From a virus (lineage: Duplodnaviria; Caudoviricetes): DNA of 35,338 nucleotides. Positions within the stretch are counted from its first letter, which is position 1. Each line of letters starts with the position of its first letter. This document shows positions 18,493-29,091 of this stretch, piece by piece. The notes under the pieces are model-generated. The model was given only the letters and a program-made list of their open reading frames with translations. It did not search any database and was not told the origin of the DNA. The stretch spans positions 1 to 35,338 of the IMG/VR virus record IMGVR_UViG_3300020336_000219; one strand, written 5' to 3'. Position numbers and translations under genes: made by a program.

Positions 18493-20916
18493 TTAACCAA
18501 TAGATCGGGTGTTCCCAACTTCAGGATTGAACCGTTGCCATTTATCCATTGGGGTTTCCTTCTTGTTAGGTGGCTCTCCAAAACGAATTAAGTCGAACTG
18601 AGTCCATCTAGCTCCTGGTATTGGGTTTCTGTTGTCAAAAATCCCAGGAGCAGAAGCAATTGAATTACCCGTGAAAATATTGTTCAGAACATTGCTCGCT
18701 GAAGCCAATGCCCCAGGAAGAGCAACAGCAGTTAAAGAACCATCAATCAAACCTTTAGCTTGATTACCTTCATTCAAAAGTTGTAGACGTTCTTCGGCAG
18801 ATGGAGTCCAATCAAATGGCTTTCCATTTAACTTTTCCCAAAGATCTATATTTTGTAGAAGTAATTTCGCTGGATTAATACCATTTTGATTTGCTCCTCT
18901 TAATAAATTCAAAGGTAATTCAGATCCTTTCTTCACTCTTTCCCAAATCTTTTTGGTTTCATCTGCTGAATAAATTGGTACTGTCTCCCATTGCTGCAAT
19001 CTTTCTTTTGAAACTGGCATTGAAGCCTTGAAATAAATTCGATCTACTGGAACATTGACTTGTTTCTTTTCCTTATTATCTCCTCCTTCGTTTACATTTA
19101 TTTTCTCCTGTGGTTTTTCTTTCACAACAGGATTACCAAGATGAGCCTTAAATAAATCTGATCCTATATATGTGTCAATAGCATCATTAATTGCTTCATT
19201 TTGTTGATCAATACTTAATTCATCTAACCCTAAATCAACTGCCTTCTTCCTTATAGCAATCATTGATTTTTCATATAAAGCTTGAGCTATTTTTGCTTCT
19301 GCTGTTGTTTTATCTAACTCTCCAAAAGCCATGAAATCAATAATATCAAATTCTTCATTTTTCATTTCAGCTCTAAATATCCCTGTACTCATATCACCAG
19401 GGAAGTTAGCTTCTAATATTGCTTCCAATCTAAGTTTTAAAGTGTTATTTAGATTTGGTTTGTCGATACTTCTTTCTGCTGAAGATAATTTCTTAGTCCT
19501 TATTTTTTGATAACGATCTATTAATTGTTGTCTTTTTTCTGTAGCTCTACTTGGAACACTTTCCATCTTCTCCCAAAACAATTTTCTTTCTTCTAATGAG
19601 TCATAGTCATTCCCAATCAACATTTCTTGTCTTGTAAAAAACTTATCCCAACTAACAGTGTCAACCGATCCTTCTATCTTTTTATCAATAGCATCATTCC
19701 AGTTATTGATATATTCTAACTTCTTAGTAAAAGCAAGCCCTTTGAAATTTTCATCATCAAGTGCTTTTTTTTCTAACTCCTTTAAAGCTTTTGGATTATC
19801 TCTATTCTGATAAAATAACTTAGCATAAGTCTCTTCAAATGAAGCACTAAAATTCTTTTGACCTTTGTTATATTCTTTATAAGCAACAGAAGCAACTGAA
19901 TCAGTATCTACATATAATCTAGGGCCATAAACATCTCCAATTGATAATACTTTTCCATCATCTCCAAGTATTCCTGAAGGCATCCTATTTAATTGTTCTA
20001 ATAAAGTTTGTGCCTTTGTATTTGCACCAGTAACAGATTCCCATTGTAATTTCTTTCCTAATCTAATAATTGCATCCTCAGTCATTGCAGATGCTTCACC
20101 ATTCAGCCCTGAAGTCGAAGCAGCTTCAGCTAAATATCCTGCAACTTGTTTATATTTATCCTCTTCACTAGCATCACTTTCCATGATTGCTTCTAATCCA
20201 TCTGCTGTTTGTATTTCTTTTACATGCTTCTTATATTTAACATTTGCACTAAATTGTTTATTTTGTAATTGCTCCCACTCTTTATTAATTTTAGGTAAAA
20301 CTTTATCAATAAAACCTGGAGAATATTCATCTAATCCATAAACATTTGCAAGGTCATTTGTTACCTTTGCTTTTAATTGGTTTATAGCTGGATCACCTGG
20401 ATCTAATTTAGATAATTCTGTTCCATTCTCTAACCATGCTTTGTTAAATGCTTGCGGTACTAATGTTGCTGTAATTGCACTTGCTTGATTTAACATCCCT
20501 GCCTTTCGGTAAGGATTTAATTCATCCATTAATACTCCAGCCGCTTCATTATTTCGATGAACAACTCTATTGTCTGCTGCATAGTTCTTTTCACCTTGAA
20601 CCATTGCATTGTTATTTCCTCTATTAGCCTTTAATAATTCTTGCTGTCCTTTTTGATATTGATTTGAAGCATAAAGTTCTAACCCTGCATCAACAACAGG
20701 AACTAATAATTTAACTGCCTCTGATAATTCCTGAAGACTGTTATAGCCTTTTACATTAGAGACATTCCCTCTCTGAACAATTTGTACTCCAGATGCACTT
20801 GGAAGCATTGAAGGCTTCGCCGGAGCTGCGGGATTAACAGCCTGTTTTCTGAAAAAACTTGAGACAGGTTTGGCAGATGGTTGAATCTGACTTAGCGATA
20901 AACGATCATTAGCCAT
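18493..20916 (-). CDS. internal virion protein, gp15-like
   Basis: 807 aa helical protein directly after the gp14-like gene; synteny. Confidence 0.7.
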   Translation of the reverse strand: MANDRLSLSQIQPSAKPVSSFFRKQAVNPAAPAKPSMLPSASGVQIVQRGNVSNVKGYNSLQELSEAVKLLVPVVDAGLELYASNQYQKGQQELLKANRGNNNAMVQGEKNYAADNRVVHRNNEAAGVLMDELNPYRKAGMLNQASAITATLVPQAFNKAWLENGTELSKLDPGDPAINQLKAKVTNDLANVYGLDEYSPGFIDKVLPKINKEWEQLQNKQFSANVKYKKHVKEIQTADGLEAIMESDASEEDKYKQVAGYLAEAASTSGLNGEASAMTEDAIIRLGKKLQWESVTGANTKAQTLLEQLNRMPSGILGDDGKVLSIGDVYGPRLYVDTDSVASVAYKEYNKGQKNFSASFEETYAKLFYQNRDNPKALKELEKKALDDENFKGLAFTKKLEYINNWNDAIDKKIEGSVDTVSWDKFFTRQEMLIGNDYDSLEERKLFWEKMESVPSRATEKRQQLIDRYQKIRTKKLSSAERSIDKPNLNNTLKLRLEAILEANFPGDMSTGIFRAEMKNEEFDIIDFMAFGELDKTTAEAKIAQALYEKSMIAIRKKAVDLGLDELSIDQQNEAINDAIDTYIGSDLFKAHLGNPVVKEKPQEKINVNEGGDNKEKKQVNVPVDRIYFKASMPVSKERLQQWETVPIYSADETKKIWERVKKGSELPLNLLRGANQNGINPAKLLLQNIDLWEKLNGKPFDWTPSAEERLQLLNEGNQAKGLIDGSLTAVALPGALASASNVLNNIFTGNSIASAPGIFDNRNPIPGARWTQFDLIRFGEPPNKKETPMDKWQRFNPEVGNTRSIG

Positions 20917-21746
20917 TAGCCATTACCTCCACCAGTACCAGAAGACGTGTACTTACTCATGGTTCCGTAGGTGTTGATGCCGGTTCCTACAGCTCCAATA
21001 GCTGAACTTAAGAATGCCGCAGTAGCACTCGGAGCCCCGCCCACCATTGATGGAGGTACAGCACCAACCATTGTTGGTAATGGTGCAAACGGACGTAATG
21101 GATCTTGGTACTCTTGCATTTGATAAAACTGCTGAGAATTGAACTTTTCTAAATATCCAGCTATCGCCCCTGCTTGTTCTCTCGAAAGTTGTCGATCTCT
21201 AAATCCCTTATTAATTGCCATAATCGTTGATTGATTTCCTAACTGCATTTGATAGTCGTTCTGTATTCGATCAACCATTCCTGTATCTCCAGCCATCGCA
21301 CTAGCAGCCATCCTTAATGCTTGTGTCTTGTAATGAAACATCGACATCGCATCAGACATCGCTTGCTCTGCATTAGCAGCATTTAACGAATCGCTTTGTC
21401 GAACATAATCAACACCAGCAGAAGTCCTCGTATCTGCAACAACATCTGCTTGAGCTATTGCTTTTGATAACTCGAAATTTCTTAAACTTGCAACGTAGTT
21501 ATTTTGCTGACCCCAATTAACTTGATCTTGGAAATACTTATATTTTTTATTTAAGTTAGAAGTCTTTGCTTGTAGCGAAGCATTCCAAGCAGAATATTCA
21601 TCTGAAGCAGCTTTATAAGCAACCTGATTTGCATGTTCTTGTCTCTTAGCTCCATAGCCCAACATTCCTTGGAAGAACTGAAGCCCTCCTGTCAATAAAG
21701 CTCCACCCGCAGGGGTTAAAGCACCACCAGCTAAAAGAGCAACCAT
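20916..21746 (-). CDS. internal virion protein, gp14-like
   Basis: Ala/Gly/Gln-rich with hydrophobic N- and C-terminal segments; synteny. Confidence 0.7.
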   Translation of the reverse strand: MVALLAGGALTPAGGALLTGGLQFFQGMLGYGAKRQEHANQVAYKAASDEYSAWNASLQAKTSNLNKKYKYFQDQVNWGQQNNYVASLRNFELSKAIAQADVVADTRTSAGVDYVRQSDSLNAANAEQAMSDAMSMFHYKTQALRMAASAMAGDTGMVDRIQNDYQMQLGNQSTIMAINKGFRDRQLSREQAGAIAGYLEKFNSQQFYQMQEYQDPLRPFAPLPTMVGAVPPSMVGGAPSATAAFLSSAIGAVGTGINTYGTMSKYTSSGTGGGNG

Positions 21747-22193
21747 TTAAGCTTTCCTCCAAAAATGACAGAACATTTTTTCCGCGACCCCGTAAGGTTC
21801 TGGCTCCCCAATATTAAAGCCCAAATGTTTTAACCAACGAATTGATTCTTTATTTTCTGAATAAACATAATTTTCAATCATTCCACCAGCTCTATCAATG
21901 CAATACTCTACCCATTCTCGCCCATGAATACATAATTGCCATCTATGATTTTTTGTTGCCGTTAATTTATCAGTTCCTAGTAACCAAATGTAGTTTTGCG
22001 TCAGCCCCGTAATACCAACCGGATCTCCATCATCTCCTTCAATTGCTTGAATTACTTGACTATCTCTATAACTTCTCAGACAAGCTTCAACTGGAGACAA
22101 ACCATGACTAAATAAGACTTCATTCTTATCCTGTTCTCTTAAGTTTTCTCCGATGACGTACATATCACCAGGCTCCGCTTTTATCCATCTCAT
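21747..22193 (-). CDS. gp13-like / GNAT-fold virion protein
   Basis: NLR..D..E, IWLLGT, NYV...N...IRWLK.LGF motifs; ATGA overlap supports start 22193. Confidence 0.85.
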   Translation of the reverse strand: MRWIKAEPGDMYVIGENLREQDKNEVLFSHGLSPVEACLRSYRDSQVIQAIEGDDGDPVGITGLTQNYIWLLGTDKLTATKNHRWQLCIHGREWVEYCIDRAGGMIENYVYSENKESIRWLKHLGFNIGEPEPYGVAEKMFCHFWRKA

Positions 22194-24685
22194 CTGATTG
22201 CCGCCGCTTTTCCAGTTACCAATGCAACCCACTCACAAGTAGAAAACTTACAAGGATGAGGAGTATCGTTTTGAATCTCCACCATGCACCTTTCACCTCT
22301 ACTCATAATTGGAATGTTGAATACTCCTTCAAAAAATCGTTCGTCATCTTGCGTCCATCCACTAGGTAAAGCACTTCCTAATGCTGAATTTCTAGAACCT
22401 AAAACTGTTCCATCAAACTTATAAATTCCTGTATCTCTTCCCTCTGGAAGAACATGAACTTCAAAATAATGTGATTCGTGATAACGAAGTTTTGCGTGTC
22501 TTACTTGAGTTCTTTCAACATTTGCTGCTGCTTTTCCTCCTCCTATTTCCTTATAAAGTTTAAAACGAGTAAAACGGTATCTAAAGGTATAAGACTCTCC
22601 AAAATAAATCGGAGAACTACTCCAATTACCATCAGCAACAATTGTCGTCCCAGACGTTGCTGAACCGAGCAATACACCACCGTTTGTGCTTGTGCCGAAT
22701 CCACTCCACGCTTCTGTTTTTGCCGCGATTGTATAAGGCAATGTCCAAGTCGTCTTCTTTGTATTTGCGTCATAACTACCCGCTGAAACTCTCATTGAGG
22801 TTGGGGTTTCAGTGGTAGTTGAGATACGCCGATCCAATAGAAGAGGATATGGAGAGCCAGCTTGAGGCTCTTGCATCCGATCCATGACCGAAATCTTTTC
22901 TAAATAAACCTTTGTTCCATATCTCACTAAGCAATAAAGCGTTTCCCTTACTGCAAGTACCTGAAGCACTTCATCGGCTCCTGAAAGCTCCCAATGACTC
23001 CAACTAGATTGAGCCCTTTGCGTTCCTTCTCCTGAATTACGGAAAAAGAACTTATAAACATAAATACGATTTTGATGACCAGTCTTCCCACTTATTCCAA
23101 ACATCACATTGCTTGTATCATTCACAGTCAGTTTGAACATCTGACTTGGGATATAAGCCGACACATAACCAGTTAAATCTGCTGCATCTGCTGTCAAAGC
23201 AGTACCAGCTCCACGAACACTAAATTCTCTAAACTGTGACCAATCCCCATTAGATTGGGTAAAGATAATACCTCCACCAGCTAATTGTGGTCTGACTTCT
23301 ACATCAACTTCAAATTGAGTTAAAACTGTTATTTGTGCAGTTTTAGGAGTTAATATTGTTTCAGCAGCGTTAAATCTAAATTGATATTGTGAGCTAAATA
23401 ATATTAATTCATCTTGATAAGGTACGGCATATTTAAGAATAGAAACTTTGTTATTACTTGCTACAACATCAATCGGATCAGTATCTAAAATTGTCGTGAC
23501 TGTCTCAGGGAAAAACTCAAAAAACGCACGAACACGACTCAAAATGACGTTTTCATCGGACAAGAATCCAAGTCTATTTTTATAGATAAAGATGTCATTA
23601 ATAGGAAAACCAATAAAGCTCGGATCTGGAGCTGTGTTGTAATCACCAGCTATTCGATTGCCCCACTTGGGCATCTCTGTACCTGATTGAGTGCTTGCAT
23701 CAGCAGGCCCAAAATAAAATTGACTATTAGATAATCTCACCAAAATATGAGGCATTTTATCTTCATCGACCTCGTACTCAACACCTGGACTAACTGTTTC
23801 TACCCACGCACCTTCTCCGAAATTTCCACTCTTAGGTTGGAACTCAACGTAATAACCATCAAAATCGTTCCCTGGATCTCCAATAATCGAAATTTGATAC
23901 CCAATCGGTGCAATTGTTGGAAGCTCGGTAAATGCTTGAACATCATTCAAGAAAATTGCAATATCTTGGTTTGCTTTTGCGTCAGTAGCAGACAAAGTAA
24001 TTGCACTTGAAGATGTCAAATGCAAAACAGAACCACTTCGAGTAATTGTTACTCCACTTGCAGAAATATTTGTTCTTAAATTTTCAGCAATATCTTCTGA
24101 ACTAATTCTATTTTCTGTAACTGATCCACCACTAGAAATAACAGCAGCAACAGGAGTGTCAACTTGAGCTGAACTTCCATTAACTGTTAATTTGTAACGG
24201 TTTCCATAAGAAGCTCCTTTGATCCATACCAATGCTTCATGTGCCGTAGGTCTTGCAGTAGCCGGAGCTGTCGCAGTTTTCATTGCTGGAATCTGCTTCG
24301 TATTCGTTATGAAGGTGTAATCAGCAATCGTTACAGCTCTTATATGCTGCCTCGCATCAGTAACACTTGATAGATAACTAACGCCACTAGGCTTATTAAC
24401 AGTTATGGCGTTCCCTTCAAGGTCGTAAACCTTTACGTCATTGTTGCTTATTACTGCAAGATATTCTTCAGTATTATCCCTAAGAATACTATGGATGAAA
24501 CAGTCTCCAAAACTGGTGCTAGAGACTTCTGCCAAGACTTCGCTGGAATCTCTTTTTCGTAAACCTTCGACAATTGACGACATTCCATTGATTTGTATTT
24601 CTCCTTGTGATGGATCTCTTTGAGCGTCAGGTTGCTGCGAAACACCTTGAGATAGGTTTGGTATTGAATAAGAACGTAAAGCCAT
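22190..24685 (-). CDS. tail tubular protein B (gp12-like nozzle)
   Basis: SIPNL.QGVSQQPD..R, GLRKR, W..R.AGD....P.PSF, QSSWSHW motifs. Confidence 0.96.
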   Translation of the reverse strand: MALRSYSIPNLSQGVSQQPDAQRDPSQGEIQINGMSSIVEGLRKRDSSEVLAEVSSTSFGDCFIHSILRDNTEEYLAVISNNDVKVYDLEGNAITVNKPSGVSYLSSVTDARQHIRAVTIADYTFITNTKQIPAMKTATAPATARPTAHEALVWIKGASYGNRYKLTVNGSSAQVDTPVAAVISSGGSVTENRISSEDIAENLRTNISASGVTITRSGSVLHLTSSSAITLSATDAKANQDIAIFLNDVQAFTELPTIAPIGYQISIIGDPGNDFDGYYVEFQPKSGNFGEGAWVETVSPGVEYEVDEDKMPHILVRLSNSQFYFGPADASTQSGTEMPKWGNRIAGDYNTAPDPSFIGFPINDIFIYKNRLGFLSDENVILSRVRAFFEFFPETVTTILDTDPIDVVASNNKVSILKYAVPYQDELILFSSQYQFRFNAAETILTPKTAQITVLTQFEVDVEVRPQLAGGGIIFTQSNGDWSQFREFSVRGAGTALTADAADLTGYVSAYIPSQMFKLTVNDTSNVMFGISGKTGHQNRIYVYKFFFRNSGEGTQRAQSSWSHWELSGADEVLQVLAVRETLYCLVRYGTKVYLEKISVMDRMQEPQAGSPYPLLLDRRISTTTETPTSMRVSAGSYDANTKKTTWTLPYTIAAKTEAWSGFGTSTNGGVLLGSATSGTTIVADGNWSSSPIYFGESYTFRYRFTRFKLYKEIGGGKAAANVERTQVRHAKLRYHESHYFEVHVLPEGRDTGIYKFDGTVLGSRNSALGSALPSGWTQDDERFFEGVFNIPIMSRGERCMVEIQNDTPHPCKFSTCEWVALVTGKAAAIR

Positions 24686-25344
24686 TAGAGTCTGATTCCA
24701 GTAGTAATACGGCGAGTGCTAAGTCCCGAAGCAGGGGCATAAGTTGGGAACGGCAAGTGATTCCTTCCTCCTGTTAATAAATTCGCTTGCTCCTGTTCTT
24801 GTTCCATTCGCTCTAATACAACTTGAGCTGCTTTCTCGTCTTCTTGCGTATATCTAAATGATGCACTATCTCCTAAAACTCTTTGTGCAAAAACTCTTGC
24901 TGATCTAATTGTTATCCAACGATTAAATGCTTCTGGACATTCATCCCATGACATGCCAAAAATGACATCACATAAAATGTCATCAATCGTTGTCTCTAAA
25001 ATATAAGTTCGATATTCCGTGTCATATAACCTTGTTCCTCGATGCTGGTAACGACCTGCATAAAGATATGGATCTAACGAAAGTTTTAAAACATTAGTTG
25101 GTATTTTCACTTCACCACTTGAATCTTTAGAGAATGGATAATCTCTTTCTGTGTTCCAGCTCCAACCTTTAATTTGCCCCTCTTTATGAAATTCAAGTAA
25201 TGTTCTTTCAGCAATTCTCGCATCACTAATCTGCTGATTTTCTAAGGTGTTAACAGGTTGCTCGCCTATATTCTCAAGCAAAATATTTACTGCATCTAGC
25301 AGTCCACTTCTACCTGGGGTAACTGACTGATTTGCTAATCCCAT
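24685..25344 (-). CDS. tail tubular protein A (gp11-like)
   Basis: L.AVN.LL..IGE.PV..L, GWSWNTE, PE.F..WIT.R.AR.F motifs. Confidence 0.96.
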   Translation of the reverse strand: MGLANQSVTPGRSGLLDAVNILLENIGEQPVNTLENQQISDARIAERTLLEFHKEGQIKGWSWNTERDYPFSKDSSGEVKIPTNVLKLSLDPYLYAGRYQHRGTRLYDTEYRTYILETTIDDILCDVIFGMSWDECPEAFNRWITIRSARVFAQRVLGDSASFRYTQEDEKAAQVVLERMEQEQEQANLLTGGRNHLPFPTYAPASGLSTRRITTGIRL

Positions 25345-25350
25345 TACTCA

Positions 25351-25376
25351 TCTACAAGGGCGTTGCATACATTGTA
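25351..25376 (-). promoter_or_regulatory. -10 TACAAT plus 16-bp box GCAACGCCCTTGTAGA upstream of tail tube A
   Basis: Box 25351-25366, 4 nt, -10 at 25371-25376, just past the capsid terminator. Confidence 0.65.
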
Positions 25377-25385
25377 TTAGTAAGC

Positions 25386-25413
25386 AAAAAAAAGAGCCAG
25401 CTTTCGCTGGCCC
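25386..25413 (-). terminator. intrinsic terminator after the major capsid gene
   Basis: GGGCCAGC-GAAA-GCTGGCTC stem-loop followed by T8 on the minus strand. Confidence 0.9.
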
Positions 25414-25442
25414 CTGCTTTGCAATCTCTCGTATTTAGCTTA

Positions 25443-26468
25443 CTAAGGAATAACAATTTTACAAGCTGACTCAGCTCGTAGAACTCCCATACCTAGTGCT
25501 TGTCTTGCGACCATAAGATCTGCTTGGTGAACAACTCTCCACTCTTCACCTGTTAACTGAAGTGCTGGAGATAGTAGTGAAACAACACCAACAGCTTCCT
25601 TGTTAAAGATTAGACCCTTACACTTACTCAAGTTCTGAGCGTAATCTCCATTGTGATCACCCGCTACAAGCGTGTAAGCACTTTGAGTTACGTGATTAGA
25701 GCTAAGAATAGGAATCCCAGCAACACGCAATGTGCGGCCATCTGCAATGGTTCCAGCTCCACCGAAGTCAGCGTTGATAGCACGACTTGATTGTGAGATG
25801 AGGTAGTAATCCTCTGGAGTAAATACCGCGTACATGTCGTCGATACTTACATCCTTAGTCTCAAAGCCAACACGAGCGTCAAAGATCGCGTTAACTAGAG
25901 CATCACCTTTTGCCTGACGAGTAGCACCTGAAGCTGTGTAATCAGTTCCAAGTGTTAGTCCTTGTCCTATTCTTCCTGCGTTAGAAGTTTTATTTAAAGG
26001 CTCAGTAGTGTTGCTTGCCGCTGCAAAGATCATCCTTGCAACACGCTTGTCATACTCAACGGCTAAAGCACGTCCTAATTCCTTCGTATAAATTTGCCTA
26101 ACATCGAAGAATGACATTAATTCATCGACGTTATAAATCGCCGCGTCTGCAACCATCAACGCATCCAAGCTAATTACCCTCTCGTTGAGGTCAGAAGGAT
26201 CGTTGATTGTACCTGTCAGCTCAGTACCTGGCTGATGGTACGCAGCGGTCATTTTACCCGTGATTGGGAAGGCTACGCTTTTGCCGCCTCTTATGTTTCT
26301 TTCACGAGTTTTTCCTTTGAAAACCGTGGCAGTCATGAAGGCTTCCATAACTTCCGCCGATCCGAGCTTCAACATTAAAGCTCTGTCCGTATCTAGACCA
26401 GAAGCACCAGCACCCCAAGTGGCACCTGCACCTTTAACCTGACCAATACGGCTGAGTGTTACAGCCAT
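25443..26468 (-). CDS. major capsid protein (gp10-like)
   Basis: RAL.LK....EV..AF, R.I.GGKS..FP.TG, DVR..Y..ELG.ALA..YD, G.GVLR.E.A motifs. Confidence 0.97.
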   Translation of the reverse strand: MAVTLSRIGQVKGAGATWGAGASGLDTDRALMLKLGSAEVMEAFMTATVFKGKTRERNIRGGKSVAFPITGKMTAAYHQPGTELTGTINDPSDLNERVISLDALMVADAAIYNVDELMSFFDVRQIYTKELGRALAVEYDKRVARMIFAAASNTTEPLNKTSNAGRIGQGLTLGTDYTASGATRQAKGDALVNAIFDARVGFETKDVSIDDMYAVFTPEDYYLISQSSRAINADFGGAGTIADGRTLRVAGIPILSSNHVTQSAYTLVAGDHNGDYAQNLSKCKGLIFNKEAVGVVSLLSPALQLTGEEWRVVHQADLMVARQALGMGVLRAESACKIVIP

Positions 26469-26567
26469 GATGACTTAATTTTTTAGAAAAATACTTTTGT
26501 TAGATAGCCCTTCCTTCGCTACTTAGGTTATCCACCTTAATGGGCCTAAAGCTTTTGGTTTGCTTTC

Positions 26568-27488
26568 TTACTTAAGGCTATCCCACGCGCCGCTTCTTGC
26601 CAACATTTGTTTAACTGATTCTTGGTAACTTGGATCTACTTCATATATTTTTTGTCCTCTATCATTCGTCTTACTCATTGCATCTAATACTTGTTGCTTA
26701 CTTTGGAATGTTGTCTCACTTGGGACATCTCCACCCCCTATTAGTTTTGGTTCTACAACAGCGTTAGGGTTTGCCATTTCTATTTGTAATGATCGAACTG
26801 CCCAACGTATTGCGTCAGGATTTCCACCATCAATCGTGTCGTTATAAGACTTTAAAGTTTCTGCATTTAAGTTTTTACCAGCCCAATCAGCAATTTGATT
26901 GAAAGCAGCATCGCCTCCTAATTCATCTTTTATCTGCTGCTCCTCTGTATCTGTCATTACCTTTTGAGCAGAATCCCTATTAAGACCAGCACGAACACGA
27001 CTTCCTTCTAAATACCTTTCAACTAGATCTCTAGGTAAACCACCTTTATCAACTATGTCATTCACATAATTACTTACATCTTCCCCTGCATAAAACTTTT
27101 CACACATCTCAACTGGATTAACTTCAGCATTTTGCAAAGCAGTTGCTACTTCTGTTCCATAAAATTTCTCTCCAACTTCAAACGTATAATTTTCAATTGA
27201 TTCAGGCCAATTGATTTCGTCCGTAGTTGATTCTTCAGTTGATTCTTCAGCCTTTTCCTGAGTCTCAGGTTTTTGCTGTTGATTTTGAGTGAACTTCCTT
27301 TGCAGCTCTGCGTAAGATTTTGCTAAATCTTCTGTACTTTTAAATTTTTCTAAGACTTGTTGAGCATCTTCAGAGATTTGCCCTTCTTGTTGAATCTGTT
27401 CAACTAATTCCTGTTGATCAGGACTAGCTATTCCCTCTTGTCCTTCAGGAATAGTTAGCTGTGGAGTGCCTTGTGGGGTCGCGGTCAT
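26568..27488 (-). CDS. capsid scaffolding protein (gp9-like)
   Basis: Acidic; KFKS.EDL.KSY.EL, GG...F.....WA..NL, Y..DP.Y...V motifs; between portal and capsid. Confidence 0.92.
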   Translation of the reverse strand: MTATPQGTPQLTIPEGQEGIASPDQQELVEQIQQEGQISEDAQQVLEKFKSTEDLAKSYAELQRKFTQNQQQKPETQEKAEESTEESTTDEINWPESIENYTFEVGEKFYGTEVATALQNAEVNPVEMCEKFYAGEDVSNYVNDIVDKGGLPRDLVERYLEGSRVRAGLNRDSAQKVMTDTEEQQIKDELGGDAAFNQIADWAGKNLNAETLKSYNDTIDGGNPDAIRWAVRSLQIEMANPNAVVEPKLIGGGDVPSETTFQSKQQVLDAMSKTNDRGQKIYEVDPSYQESVKQMLARSGAWDSLK

Positions 27489-29089
27489 TGTGCTTCTTGG
27501 GGTGGATTTGCAATTTCATTAGCGGTTTGAGCAGCATTAGCTAACTTCTGCGGATCACCCATAGCTGATTGCAGTAAAGCTTGCTGTCGTGCTTGCTCTT
27601 GGGCCTGCTGTGCTTCAGCTTGTAGCTCTTGCTCAGTCTTGATTAGGCCCAAAGTGTCTATGCCCATTGAATAGGCAAGACGAGTTATTAACTCAGTAGG
27701 TTTTAAATACTGGGCTAATCCCTCTGGCCCAACTGTTTGAGCCAAAGTCTGTGTAAATCTGACTAACTGTTCTAATTCATGTCCTCTTCCTACTGCTGCT
27801 AGACCAACCGTCATTATTGGTTTTACTAAATCATCAGGTAATTTTGGAACCTTATTCTCCCTAGTTAAAATGTCTAACTTCCTTGCGACGTATGGGACTT
27901 GAAACTCTGTTTGTAATATCGAATATATCGAGCCGATGCTTTGTTCCGTAATGAGCTGGGTCATTCTCACTTCTTCCGCGGTGACGCGCTCCGCATTTCT
28001 CTGATCGTTAAGCATGAAAGCTTGGGCAAGTCTTCTTTCAATTTGTTCTTTGCCTTGCATCGCTACGGATAGATCCTGTGATTTCTGAACTTGCAGGGCA
28101 AGCACATCGGAAGGATCTCCTGTGACGAAAGAACCATTAGGGGCTTTTGCAAGATCAGCAGCCTTCGTAACTCCGCTTGGTTTTACTAGGAAACGTACCG
28201 CTGCACTAGCTAATGCTCCTTCTGCTATCGCTTGACATAACGCCTCAACTGTTTGTAAGTCAGCTATTGCCGCAGATTCTACATATCCCACTCCGTAGGC
28301 TTGACTGTCAATTCTAGTCATACGCAATGGGAGCCAAGGACTAAGATTTTTCGGTGCTTTTCCTTCGCTGCCTGGGACAACCTTATTTTTCACTTCTTGG
28401 TGCCACTTAACTTGATCACCTTCCCACTTGATATGGGTGTAAACCTTGCAATTCTTCTCTTCTTCCTTCGCTTCTAATGGTTCAGGTTGCTTATAAAGTC
28501 CTTTTAAATCTTCTTCTTCCTCTTCTTCTAGCATTTGCCTAACCTTTTCTGGCAATGCGTAGTAAGGAAGCTGTTCACATGTCACCGCTTCCAAAGGATT
28601 TCCCATTGGATCGCGGAAACAAACGTAGCGATTGAGATGAAATACCCTTAATCCATCAGTCGAAACATATAAAAGTGCATTTCCGGCGACGATTAAATGT
28701 AATAACGCCTCATGTAAGACAACACGATCATTACTTGCTTCTATTTCCCTAAGCACCATCCTTTCAATCTTGCTTAATGCCTCTTCGTACTGAGATTTCT
28801 GCTCTGGCCCGACTCCTTGCTGTGCTAATGCAGCTTCGTCTAGTGAAAATCTAAAAAATTGTTGCGTTGGAGGTAGCAAAGCCAAAAGCATTCGACTTGC
28901 TAAGTTCAAAACTCCACGAGCCCCAATTCCGTTCCACGGAACAGCGTATGTATCTTTATTGTTCGTGACAGGATCGTTTGATTCTGGAATTAAATAAGGA
29001 ACCGTAAGACGAGCAGAATTACGGCCTTTATCTAAAACCCAATTCCGATCATTTTCACCAGAGCGATAACGCTGTTCAGCAGTAGCCAT
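27485..29089 (-). CDS. portal / head-tail connector (gp8-like)
   Basis: LT.P.L.P, GARGV.NLAS...LALLPP, RD..GN, R.AERVTAEEVR motifs. Confidence 0.97.
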   Translation of the reverse strand: MATAEQRYRSGENDRNWVLDKGRNSARLTVPYLIPESNDPVTNNKDTYAVPWNGIGARGVLNLASRMLLALLPPTQQFFRFSLDEAALAQQGVGPEQKSQYEEALSKIERMVLREIEASNDRVVLHEALLHLIVAGNALLYVSTDGLRVFHLNRYVCFRDPMGNPLEAVTCEQLPYYALPEKVRQMLEEEEEEDLKGLYKQPEPLEAKEEEKNCKVYTHIKWEGDQVKWHQEVKNKVVPGSEGKAPKNLSPWLPLRMTRIDSQAYGVGYVESAAIADLQTVEALCQAIAEGALASAAVRFLVKPSGVTKAADLAKAPNGSFVTGDPSDVLALQVQKSQDLSVAMQGKEQIERRLAQAFMLNDQRNAERVTAEEVRMTQLITEQSIGSIYSILQTEFQVPYVARKLDILTRENKVPKLPDDLVKPIMTVGLAAVGRGHELEQLVRFTQTLAQTVGPEGLAQYLKPTELITRLAYSMGIDTLGLIKTEQELQAEAQQAQEQARQQALLQSAMGDPQKLANAAQTANEIANPPQEAQ

Positions 29090-29091
29090 AA

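Noticed and set aside
28509-28529. Poly-Glu tract in the portal
   Set aside because: Likely a simple acidic loop insertion; reading frame intact
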